Program-made: the position numbers and the translations under genes | Source: an uncultured Bacteriovoracaceae bacterium | Lineage (GTDB): Bacteria; Bdellovibrionota; Bacteriovoracia; Bacteriovoracales; Bacteriovoracaceae | DNA: 64,000 nucleotides | Assembly (NCBI GenBank): GCA_964012805.1 | Contig: CAXGUD010000002.1 | Coordinates: 1-64,000, forward strand | Direction: 5' to 3' | Notes under the pieces: model-generated | The model's database searches: none | What the model saw: the letters and a program-made list of their open reading frames with translations, nothing else | Told to the model about the DNA's origin: nothing | Shown here: one piece after another, positions 37,878-46,212 of the stretch | Layout: each line of letters begins with the position of its first letter | How positions within the stretch are numbered: the first letter of the stretch is position 1

Positions 37878-39611
37878 GTGACTTTTTCTTCTAAGCTTCT
37901 TTCTCTTTTGAAAAAGGCCCCCCTCTGGTTAGGGCTTCTCTTTTTATTTGGCTGCCCCTCCAAGAGTTACAAAAAAACGAAAAGTTATAAAAAATATGGG
38001 GCCACCGGCAAGCGTTCTATGATTTCAACCCAAGGACCCCTTTCAACCAAAGCTGGCCAGCTTATCTTTAAAAAGGGTGGAAATGCTGTTGACGCCGCCA
38101 TTGCCGTAAGCTTTGCCATTTCCGTCGAAAGGCCTCAATCAACAGGCCTTGGTGGTGGAGGCTTCCTGCTTCTTAAAACCCCAGAAAGTCCAACCCCACT
38201 CTCTTTTGACTTTAGAGAAATGGCGCCAAATAAGTCTCACCAAAAAATGTTTTTAGGCCCTAGTGGTGAAGAACAAAAGGGAAAATCTATTAATGGCCCT
38301 CTCTCAGCGGGAGTTCCAGGTCTTGTAGCGGGACTTTTTCATATCCACAAAAAGTTTGGCACTCTTCCCATGGAGACACTTATAGAACCAGCTGCAAAAA
38401 TGGCAGAGGAAGGATTTCCGGTTTACCCTCACCTAGCGAGGGCCATTAAGGCCAGAGCATCCGTTTTAAAAAAATACCCAAGCTCAAAAAAATTATTCTT
38501 TAAAAACGGAGAACCCTTAAAAGTTGGGGACCGCCTTATTCAAGAAGACCTCGCTAAAACGCTAAGGTTGATTTCTCACTTTGGAAAAAAGGGCTTTTAC
38601 GGAGGTTTTGTAGGAAATCAAATTGCCATAGAAAACCAAAAAGAAGGAGGGATCATAAGTTTAGAAGACCTCGCTAATTATAAAGTTAAAGAAAGAAAAC
38701 CCGTTAAAGGAAGTTATAAAGGTTATGATGTCTACTCTATGGGGCCTCCAAGCTCTGGTGGGATTCATATACTCCAAATACTCAATATCATTGAAAATGA
38801 TCCTTTAAAAAAAATGGGTTATGGTTCAGCTGATTCCATCCACCTTATAAGTTCGGCCATGCAAACCGCCTTTGTCGACAGGGCCTTTCACCTTGGGGAC
38901 TCTGACTTTGTTAAGGTCCCTACTCAAAAACTTATTTCTAAAAATTACGCAAAGATGCTTAGAAGTAGGATTAAGGCCAACAGCGCTCAAACTTTTGAAG
39001 AATCAAAAATGAGAGGCCCCTTTCCAAAAGAATCTGATGAAACCACCCACTTTACCATAATGGATAAGTCGGGATGGACTGTAAGCTCTACTCAAACGAT
39101 CAATGGCTGGATGGGTTCAGGCTTTTTAGTCCCAGGAACAGGGGTTATTCTAAATAATGAAATGGACGACTTCGCTCAAAAAGTAGGAGCCAGTAACCTT
39201 TTTGAGGCCTTTGGGGGTGAAAAAAACCTGATTGAGCCAAAAAAGAGACCTTTAAGCAGCATGTCTCCAACTATTATCTTAAAAGACGGAAAAGTTAAGC
39301 TGGCACTAGGGACTCCCTCAGGAACGAGGATCCTCACTTGTGTCGCCCAAACCATCATCAACTACTTAACTTTTGAAATGGACCTCTATGAAGCCGTGGC
39401 AGCGACTCGTTTCCACCACCAATGGTCCCCTAATGAGATCCGAGTTGGAAGTAACCCCTTTCCCACTTCCATCATTTCTGACCTCGAAAAGAAAGGACAC
39501 AAAGTGAAATTCAAACCTCTAGGCTGCAAAATTCAAGCAATTGCCGATGAGGGAGCTGTCTTAAGAGGTGTTTCTGACCCCCGCGGAGAGGGTCTTAGCC
39601 TAGGGGAATAA
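37878..39611 (+). CDS. ggt: Gamma-glutamyltransferase, probably lipoprotein
   Basis: GGNAVDAA, DFREMAP, ETTHF (catalytic Thr), LNNEMDDF, PLSSMSP; LFGC lipobox. Confidence 0.95.
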   Translation: MTFSSKLLSLLKKAPLWLGLLFLFGCPSKSYKKTKSYKKYGATGKRSMISTQGPLSTKAGQLIFKKGGNAVDAAIAVSFAISVERPQSTGLGGGGFLLLKTPESPTPLSFDFREMAPNKSHQKMFLGPSGEEQKGKSINGPLSAGVPGLVAGLFHIHKKFGTLPMETLIEPAAKMAEEGFPVYPHLARAIKARASVLKKYPSSKKLFFKNGEPLKVGDRLIQEDLAKTLRLISHFGKKGFYGGFVGNQIAIENQKEGGIISLEDLANYKVKERKPVKGSYKGYDVYSMGPPSSGGIHILQILNIIENDPLKKMGYGSADSIHLISSAMQTAFVDRAFHLGDSDFVKVPTQKLISKNYAKMLRSRIKANSAQTFEESKMRGPFPKESDETTHFTIMDKSGWTVSSTQTINGWMGSGFLVPGTGVILNNEMDDFAQKVGASNLFEAFGGEKNLIEPKKRPLSSMSPTIILKDGKVKLALGTPSGTRILTCVAQTIINYLTFEMDLYEAVAATRFHHQWSPNEIRVGSNPFPTSIISDLEKKGHKVKFKPLGCKIQAIADEGAVLRGVSDPRGEGLSLGE

Positions 39612-39720
39612 CCCTGTATTCAAATACTTGCAATTCTTACCCAACCCCAGCCAAGTCATTGTAAAGCTCACTTTATAGTGATAGTTAACCACTCTCAAAC
39701 AAAAAAATAGGGTGCAATCT

Positions 39721-41904
39721 ATGCAAGTAAAAGTACGCTTTTTAGACAATCTAAAATTAGAGGCCAATTTTGATGACTTCAGCATCATCACAGACCAACC
39801 CATCCGCTACAAAGGTGATGGTACGGCCCCAGGCCCTTTTGACTACTTTCTAGCTTCTTCGGCCCTTTGTGCTGCTTATTTTGTTAAGGTTTACTGTAAA
39901 GCAAGAGATATTTCTACGGACGACATAAGCATCACCCAAGACAATATCGTAGATCCAGAAAATAGATATCAGCAAACATTTCAAATTAGAGCGGAGCTTC
40001 CCGAAAGCATCTCAGAAAAAGACCGTGAGGGCATTATCGCCTCCATGAACCGTTGTACCGTAAAAAGAGTCATTCAAAATAATCCAGGCTTTAAAGTTAA
40101 CGCTATCAATGTTTTAGGAAAAGAATCTGGACTCCTGTATGAAGGCCAAGGTGACCCAGAGGCCAAAACAATGATTTTAGGAAAGGATTGCTCTTTAGAA
40201 GAGACGATCAAAAATATGACGGCGCTTATTGAATCCCTTGGAATCAAAATTGAAATCGCTTCTTGGAGAAATAACATCCCTCACGTGTGGTCTGTTCATA
40301 TAAGAGACGCTGATTCACCCATGTGCTTTAGTAATGGTAAGGGTGCAACCAAAGACGCTGCCCTTTGTTCTGCTCTTGGTGAATACTTAGAGCGTTTAAG
40401 CACCAATTATTTTTATAATGATTACTTTCTAGGTGAAGACATTAGTCAGGGTGAATTTGTTCATTACCCTAATGAAAAGTGGTTTAAGCCAGGAATTAAT
40501 GATTCCCTTCCAGAAGGACTAATGGATGAGCATTTTTTAAATATATATAACCCAGAAAACGAACTTAAGTCTTCTCATTTAATTGATTCAAACTCAGGAA
40601 ATGAAGAGCGCGGAATCTGCGCACTTCCTTATGAGCGTCAATCAGATAAAAAAACAGTTTATATTCCTGTTAACCTTATTGGAAACATCTTTGTAAGTAA
40701 CGGAATGAGCGCTGGGAATACTATTTATGAGGCCCGTGTTCAATGCCTTTCTGAAATCTTTGAAAGAGCTGTAAAAAATCAAATTATTCTTGAAGAAATC
40801 ACTCTTCCCGATGTTCCTAGGTCAGTCTTAGAAAAATTTCCTACAATCCTTGAAGGAATTGAAAAATTAGAGGCCCAAGGTTTTCCTATTGTTGTCAAAG
40901 ATGCTTCTCTTGGCGGAAAGTTCCCAGTTATGTGTGTGACTTTAATGAACCCAAAAACAGGCGGCGTATTTCCTTCTTTTGGGGCCCATCCGAAATTTGA
41001 AGTGGCGTTAGAAAGAAGTTTAACTGAACTTATGCAAGGAAGAAGCTTTGAAGGAATGAACGATGTGCTTCCACCAACCTTTAACTCTCACTCAGTTAGT
41101 GAGCATAATAATATTGTTGAGCACTTTATTGACTCAACTGGCGTTATCTCGTGGAAGTTTTTTAGCGAAGAAGCTGATTATAAGTTTTACCACTGGGACT
41201 TCAAGGGATCTACAGAAGAAGAATACAATTACCTTATGGACGTTTTAAAACAGCTTGAAAAGGAAGTTTATATAGCTGATTACGAAAACTTAGGCGCCAA
41301 AGCTTGTCGAATTTTAGTTCCAGGTTACTCAGAAATTTATGAACCGGAAGATCTTATTTGGGACAACCACAATAAGGCCCTTACCTTTAGGTCGGATATT
41401 TTAAATATTCATTCACTTGATGATGAAGCCCTTTTAAAACTCATCGAGAATCTAGAAGAAAGTGAGCTCGATGATTTCATGCTGATCTCTGAGCTTATCG
41501 GCATCGCCTTTGATGAAAATTCCGTCTGGGGACAATGTACAATTGGTGAATTAAAAACACTTATTCATTTGGCCCTTAAAAATTATGAGGAGGCCAAGGC
41601 ATTGGCCGAAGCTTTTATTACTTTTAACGACAACCTACAAACACGTAGGCTCTTCTTTCAAGCCTTAAATGTGGTCCTTGATATAACAATTGATGAAGAA
41701 CTAGAACTTAAAAACTATATTCCAAACCTAACTCGTATGTATGGGGAGGAAGTTTTAAATAATGTTATTAAAAGTGTCTCCGGTGATATTCGCTTCTTTG
41801 GATTAACAAAAACCAATATGAATCTTGAAGGACTTGATAAGCATTTAAAGCTTATTGAAAGCTACAAGAAGATTCAAGAGGCCAAAAAAAGATTTGCTAA
41901 TTAA
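39721..41904 (+). CDS. ycaO: OsmC domain/YcaO domain fusion protein (E. coli YcaO-type)
   Basis: OsmC-like N-terminus (GDGTAPGPFDYFLASSALC...RCTV); YcaO NGKGAT..ALCSALGEYLER, SNGMSAGN, LSEIFER; ATG 39721 preferred over GTG 39712. Confidence 0.9.
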   Translation: MQVKVRFLDNLKLEANFDDFSIITDQPIRYKGDGTAPGPFDYFLASSALCAAYFVKVYCKARDISTDDISITQDNIVDPENRYQQTFQIRAELPESISEKDREGIIASMNRCTVKRVIQNNPGFKVNAINVLGKESGLLYEGQGDPEAKTMILGKDCSLEETIKNMTALIESLGIKIEIASWRNNIPHVWSVHIRDADSPMCFSNGKGATKDAALCSALGEYLERLSTNYFYNDYFLGEDISQGEFVHYPNEKWFKPGINDSLPEGLMDEHFLNIYNPENELKSSHLIDSNSGNEERGICALPYERQSDKKTVYIPVNLIGNIFVSNGMSAGNTIYEARVQCLSEIFERAVKNQIILEEITLPDVPRSVLEKFPTILEGIEKLEAQGFPIVVKDASLGGKFPVMCVTLMNPKTGGVFPSFGAHPKFEVALERSLTELMQGRSFEGMNDVLPPTFNSHSVSEHNNIVEHFIDSTGVISWKFFSEEADYKFYHWDFKGSTEEEYNYLMDVLKQLEKEVYIADYENLGAKACRILVPGYSEIYEPEDLIWDNHNKALTFRSDILNIHSLDDEALLKLIENLEESELDDFMLISELIGIAFDENSVWGQCTIGELKTLIHLALKNYEEAKALAEAFITFNDNLQTRRLFFQALNVVLDITIDEELELKNYIPNLTRMYGEEVLNNVIKSVSGDIRFFGLTKTNMNLEGLDKHLKLIESYKKIQEAKKRFAN

Positions 41905-41919
41905 ATAAGAAATTAAGTT

Positions 41920-42321
41920 TCAAAGAAATTTAGATGAATGGGGATCTAAAATCTTCATGCATATTTTATACAGTTTGAGTATATTGTAGGGTTTCATTAT
42001 CCAATAATTAACCCCTGCTTTCTTTCCTCTTTCCTTCTCATCGCCGCTCCAATTTGCTGTGATCATTATGAATTTAGTGTCATTATTGAGAAAGACATTT
42101 TTGTCGTCGAAAAACTCAACCATATCCACACCACTAAGGTAGGGCATATTATTGTCTGTAATAACTAAGTCATACTTTGTGTTCATAATTTTAAAAAGAC
42201 CTTCAGATCCATCTTTTGCGGAGTCAACGTCATACGTATCCTCAAACATATCAACAAGACCTCTTCTTGTTGGTTCATGATCCTCAATCACAATAATCTT
42301 CTTCTTAGCTAGACTTTCCAA
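41920..42321 (-). CDS. Single-domain response regulator (CheY-like)
   Basis: VIED, ITDNNMP, ITA, KPY. Confidence 0.9.
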   Translation of the reverse strand: MESLAKKKIIVIEDHEPTRRGLVDMFEDTYDVDSAKDGSEGLFKIMNTKYDLVITDNNMPYLSGVDMVEFFDDKNVFLNNDTKFIMITANWSGDEKERGKKAGVNYWIMKPYNILKLYKICMKILDPHSSKFL

Positions 42322-42591
42322 TTTTTTCCACCTCTTACATCCTTATATTAAAGAATATAAGTGATTCCACACTTCCTAACCTTTATTTCACCTTACCTTT
42401 TCGGATCAAAGCGTAACATTAATTAAAATGGACACTTATAGACCTTTCCTAAATCCAAACCTAGGATAGGTTTAGGTTAAATTTATAAGTTATTGAATAT
42501 TTGTAAAAGAAGCTTCTCTCAAAAAGCCTTCCTTGGAAAAGTTCAACACTAAAATTGTTTCAGGCCTTAATCTTTAATTAGGAGGGCTTTT

Positions 42592-42735
42592 ATGGAAAAG
42601 AAAAGTGGAGTTGAAGTTAAAAAAAGAGGTCAAACACTTGATTTTTTAATCGAAGGCTTAAAGATCTCACTATTAACCTTGGTAGGAATGAGTGGCTTTG
42701 CGAGCTTGATGATTTATTTTACAATAGGTTGGTAA
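42592..42735 (+). CDS. 47-aa small membrane protein (not in ORF track)
   Basis: AGGAGG RBS; MEKKSGVEVKKRGQTLDFLIEGLKISLLTLVGMSGFASLMIYFTIGW*. Confidence 0.6.
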   Translation: MEKKSGVEVKKRGQTLDFLIEGLKISLLTLVGMSGFASLMIYFTIGW

Positions 42736-42738
42736 TTT

Positions 42739-42918
42739 ATGGATATTAAAAAAAAGGGCTTAAAACCTGTAAACAAAGAGGCAAAAAAGAGTGAGGAATC
42801 CTTAAAGAACATTGAAACTTTTATTGTATTGGTTTCTCTCTCTGCCACAATCTTTATTTCATTTTTTATCCAAGACACCAAACTCATGTTTTTCCTCACA
42901 CAAGTTTTTGGTGGGTAG
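42739..42918 (+). CDS. 59-aa small membrane protein (not in ORF track)
   Basis: Starts 3 bp after previous stop; MDIKKKGLKPVNKEAKKSEESLKNIETFIVLVSLSATIFISFFIQDTKLMFFLTQVFGG*. Confidence 0.5.
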   Translation: MDIKKKGLKPVNKEAKKSEESLKNIETFIVLVSLSATIFISFFIQDTKLMFFLTQVFGG

Positions 42919-43170
42919 ATATTTAAAAGGGCTTTTAATAATAAAAGAATTTTCAAAAAAAGCTTTTATTAGATATAGCTCACGAGAAGGATCATCAACT
43001 TGAATCCCTTAGGACTGAGGTTAGAAGGATTGTTTTTTAATTGATGAGGAATCATCTTTTTATTTATTTTTCTTTTAATTTAGTTTTTTTACAGGCTTTC
43101 AAAAATTGTCCTTTCTTTTTATATCCTGATTAGTTCAAATAACTTCTTTTTACTTAACAATAATCTCTAT

Positions 43171-43198
43171 TTAATAATGAAAAAAAGGGGGCCGAATT
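43171..43198 (+). promoter_or_regulatory. Putative sigma28 promoter
   Basis: TTAA-N16-GCCGAATT upstream of 43281. Confidence 0.45.
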
Positions 43199-43280
43199 AA
43201 GAAATAAAATTTATTGAATAATAAAGAAAAGCCGTATTTTTAACGCTACTAACCTCTCCTTTTCGAAATACCTTGGATAA

Positions 43281-44267
43281 ATGAAGTCCATGAACTACCT
43301 TTCTCTGCCTTTTTATTTTTTTATAGGTGCCATCTTGGCCGAGTTTTATTTTTCGCTTTCTTTAAAGATTCACTCTTACCCCTGGAAAGAAACCCTTTCA
43401 AATCTCTCCCACGGTCTTTTACAGCTTGTTTTTAATATTATTCTTAAGGGCCCTCTCATTTTTGTTTATGGATTTTGTTACGAGCACTTTTCTCTCTTTA
43501 ACCTTTCCTCTTCTTTTTTTGAGATAGTATTCCTTCTCATCTTAATTGACTTTACCTACTACTGGTTTCATAGGTTGTCACATCAAAGCTCTTTTTTTTG
43601 GGCAAATCATATTATCCACCACCAACCCAAATCGTTTAATTTTTCTGTTGGCCTGAGACCTCCCCTGTTTAATGAAATATTTTCTTTTTTTATTCATTTA
43701 CCGGCGGCTTTTTTAGGTTTTTCTCCGGAAACATACATAATTGTTTTTATTGCTCATACTTCTTATCAGTTCACCAATCATACAAAATTCTTCAAAAAGC
43801 CGGTTCCATTTTTCAAATGGATTTTTGTTACGCCCTCTCATCATAGAGTCCACCACGGCCAGAATGATCGCTATATTAATAAGAACTTTGGGGCCCTTTT
43901 TTCCTTTTGGGATGTGCTTTTTAAAACTTATCAAAATGAAGATGAAAAAGTCATTTATGGGATTAAAAATGAAACTTGTGAAGACTTAAACCCTTTTACA
44001 TCGAACCTTAGACCTATTTTCCGTCACTTTGGCCTAAAAACGACCTTCAAAAGACCTCTTTGGTTAGACTCTTTTTACAACAAGCTACCGTGGTCGAAAT
44101 TTTGGGCCATCTTTCTGGTGACCCTTTCTCTTGTTTTGACTTTTTTCTTTCTCAGAATTCATGACAATCTTTCATGGCCTTTAAAGTATTTAATCATAGG
44201 ATACCTTTTCCTGCTAAACCTTGTTATAGGAATGCTTCTCAACACTCACTCTTTTTCCAAACCATGA
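43281..44267 (+). CDS. Fatty acid hydroxylase/sterol desaturase family (alkylglycerol monooxygenase-like)
   Basis: His boxes YYWFHRLSH, HIIHH, NH, HRVHH; NKNFG..FSFWD. Confidence 0.9.
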   Translation: MKSMNYLSLPFYFFIGAILAEFYFSLSLKIHSYPWKETLSNLSHGLLQLVFNIILKGPLIFVYGFCYEHFSLFNLSSSFFEIVFLLILIDFTYYWFHRLSHQSSFFWANHIIHHQPKSFNFSVGLRPPLFNEIFSFFIHLPAAFLGFSPETYIIVFIAHTSYQFTNHTKFFKKPVPFFKWIFVTPSHHRVHHGQNDRYINKNFGALFSFWDVLFKTYQNEDEKVIYGIKNETCEDLNPFTSNLRPIFRHFGLKTTFKRPLWLDSFYNKLPWSKFWAIFLVTLSLVLTFFFLRIHDNLSWPLKYLIIGYLFLLNLVIGMLLNTHSFSKP

Positions 44268-44346
44268 AAAAATGAAGGAGTTGGCGAAAGGATAAGTCCA
44301 TAAATTTAAATAGAAATGAACATCAGATATTTAGAGGTTTAAGATC

Positions 44347-44709
44347 TTACTCGAACTTTATGCTCCTAATTGTATTTTGCATTTTTATAAGCTCTTCCAA
44401 AATAAACTCTTCAGATGGCCTGTCTTTTTCTTTCGCAATTTGGTCTAATTTTTTTTCAGCAAAACCAACCCATTCTTGATTATCAGTATGTTTGGCCCAG
44501 ATAGAGAATTCCTCAATGAACTCCTCTACTTGCTTTGTCCGCCAAGCGGGTTTTTCCTTTTTAAAAAACCTGGTAAACATACCAATACTATCGGAGAACA
44601 TTGCGCGCATCTTTATTGCTCCTTTTTGACCTTTAGCTAATTTTAACACCTTCCACCCCTTTTCATTCATATCCAATGCCTTAAAAAGGTTGAACAAGAC
44701 TTGAACCAC
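44347..44709 (-). CDS. Hypothetical protein
   Basis: 120-aa ORF, AGGA RBS, sigma28-like site upstream. Confidence 0.65.
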   Translation of the reverse strand: MVQVLFNLFKALDMNEKGWKVLKLAKGQKGAIKMRAMFSDSIGMFTRFFKKEKPAWRTKQVEEFIEEFSIWAKHTDNQEWVGFAEKKLDQIAKEKDRPSEEFILEELIKMQNTIRSIKFE

Positions 44710-44779
44710 ATTTATTTCCTAATAACTTCAAGGTTTTATAATGTTCAATTCATTAAATTTTTAAGGACTTAAAGTTCTA

Positions 44780-44806
44780 ATTTCGGATTTTATAAATATT
44801 CCTTAA
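44780..44806 (-). promoter_or_regulatory. Putative sigma28 promoter
   Basis: Minus strand TTAA-N15-TCCGAAAT. Confidence 0.5.
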
Positions 44807-44900
44807 ATTTTCAGGCCAAAAGATGTACTTTCTTTAACTTTTTTCTTTTCGCTATCATAAGTATTTATTAAGATGGCCACTCGAATATAAAGGAGTATTT

Positions 44901-45659
44901 ATGAGAGGAACTAACTTTCAAGCCCCCTTAGAACTAAAAATTGAAATTGATGGGGAAAAATGGCGTCAAAAAGACGGACTAAAGGGGACGCTCTGCCTTA
45001 AAAACCATGGTAAAGAACCTCTTCCTTTGGATTCATATGGAGTTCACCTCTCCTGGGGTCATTCTAAAAAAATTAAAGTGAAGGACGAGAAGTCTTTTGA
45101 AAATAAAATGTCCACTCTTTTTGGGCCTGGGCTAACTCTTTCGCCCGGAGAAGAAAAAGAACTTGAATGGAGTTTTCAATTAGAAGAAGATTGTCCTATC
45201 AGTGACAAGACGGGAAGCTATTACATTCTTTATGGGAAAAAGGATGAGGTTTGGAATAGTGGCCAACTCCAAATCCTTGTTGAGCCTAGACCTATACTCG
45301 ATTCGTTCTTAGAAATATTTGTTAACTTTTACCGCTTTAAGGTAAAGGAAAAAAAGAATAAAAATGGTTTTATTGAAGTTAAACTACTTCCACCAAATGC
45401 AAAAGAATTTTTAAGCATGGACAACCTCCTTTGCCAAATGAGAATAAGAGAGACACTCCTGGAAATAAAATACATCTTCAATGTCAAAAAAATGGCCTAT
45501 GGTAGCGAAGGCGTTAAATTAGAGAAAAGAAAAATTGAAATAAAAGAAAAGTTAAACCCTAAAGAATACTACCTTTTTAAAGAAGCTCCAAACCAGGAAG
45601 TTTTAAGATCTAAAATTGAAGCTGTACTAGATCAGGTAAAAAGTAAAATTAATTTTTAA
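44901..45659 (+). CDS. Hypothetical cytoplasmic protein, possibly Spo0M/arrestin-like beta-sandwich
   Basis: [31 protein letters not shown] resembles Spo0M-like proteins (weak). Confidence 0.65.
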   Translation: MRGTNFQAPLELKIEIDGEKWRQKDGLKGTLCLKNHGKEPLPLDSYGVHLSWGHSKKIKVKDEKSFENKMSTLFGPGLTLSPGEEKELEWSFQLEEDCPISDKTGSYYILYGKKDEVWNSGQLQILVEPRPILDSFLEIFVNFYRFKVKEKKNKNGFIEVKLLPPNAKEFLSMDNLLCQMRIRETLLEIKYIFNVKKMAYGSEGVKLEKRKIEIKEKLNPKEYYLFKEAPNQEVLRSKIEAVLDQVKSKINF

Positions 45660-45668
45660 AGTAAAAGA

Positions 45669-46040
45669 TCAAGAGGCTTCTTTTTTAATGATTTTATAGA
45701 CATCTACTTTGCTTGCTGGCTTCTCTAATAAAAAAACTTTTGGAAGCTCTCTTAGCTCACCGACATCCTTTAAAAAACCACTTACAATGATGGCAGGTGT
45801 TTCCTGGTTTTTAAATTCACTCTTTCTTAAAAAGGTAACTATATCGACACCATTTTTTAACGGTAAGTTCAAGTCGACAATAACAACCATAAATTTTTCT
45901 TTTAAAAGCTCTGTTGCCCCATGAAGGCCATTAGATGTCTTTACAACTGAGTAACCATCGGACTCAAACCAACTTTCATAGATATCAGATATATCTGGAT
46001 CGTCTTCAATAATAAGTATTTTTTTGCCCTCAGATTCCAT
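45669..46040 (-). CDS. Single-domain response regulator
   Basis: IIEDD, IVDLNLP, VSG, KP. Confidence 0.9.
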   Translation of the reverse strand: MESEGKKILIIEDDPDISDIYESWFESDGYSVVKTSNGLHGATELLKEKFMVVIVDLNLPLKNGVDIVTFLRKSEFKNQETPAIIVSGFLKDVGELRELPKVFLLEKPASKVDVYKIIKKEAS

Positions 46041-46100
46041 AAAATTCCTTTTTTCTACTTTGTAAATTTTTATTAAGAAGAAATGTAAAACTACCTTTTC

Positions 46101-46190
46101 CTATCGGTAACCACTATTATTTCATTACAAAAAAATAAAATCTCTTTTCCTGACCCCGTTACTCAAGTTTTTTAAAAATAAAACCGATGA
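46101..46190. promoter_or_regulatory. Back-to-back putative sigma28 promoters for the divergent receiver and kinase
   Basis: Minus TAAT-N15-ACCGATAG (46101-46127); plus TCAA-N16-ACCGATGA (46163-46190). Confidence 0.6.
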
Positions 46191-46212
46191 TTATCCAATA
46201 GTTATTTTTATA

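Noticed and set aside
17348..41904. RiPP cluster made of TldD/PmbA, B12 radical SAMs and YcaO
   Set aside because: Spread over 25 kb in separate transcription units with unrelated genes between; no convincing precursor, RRE or exporter
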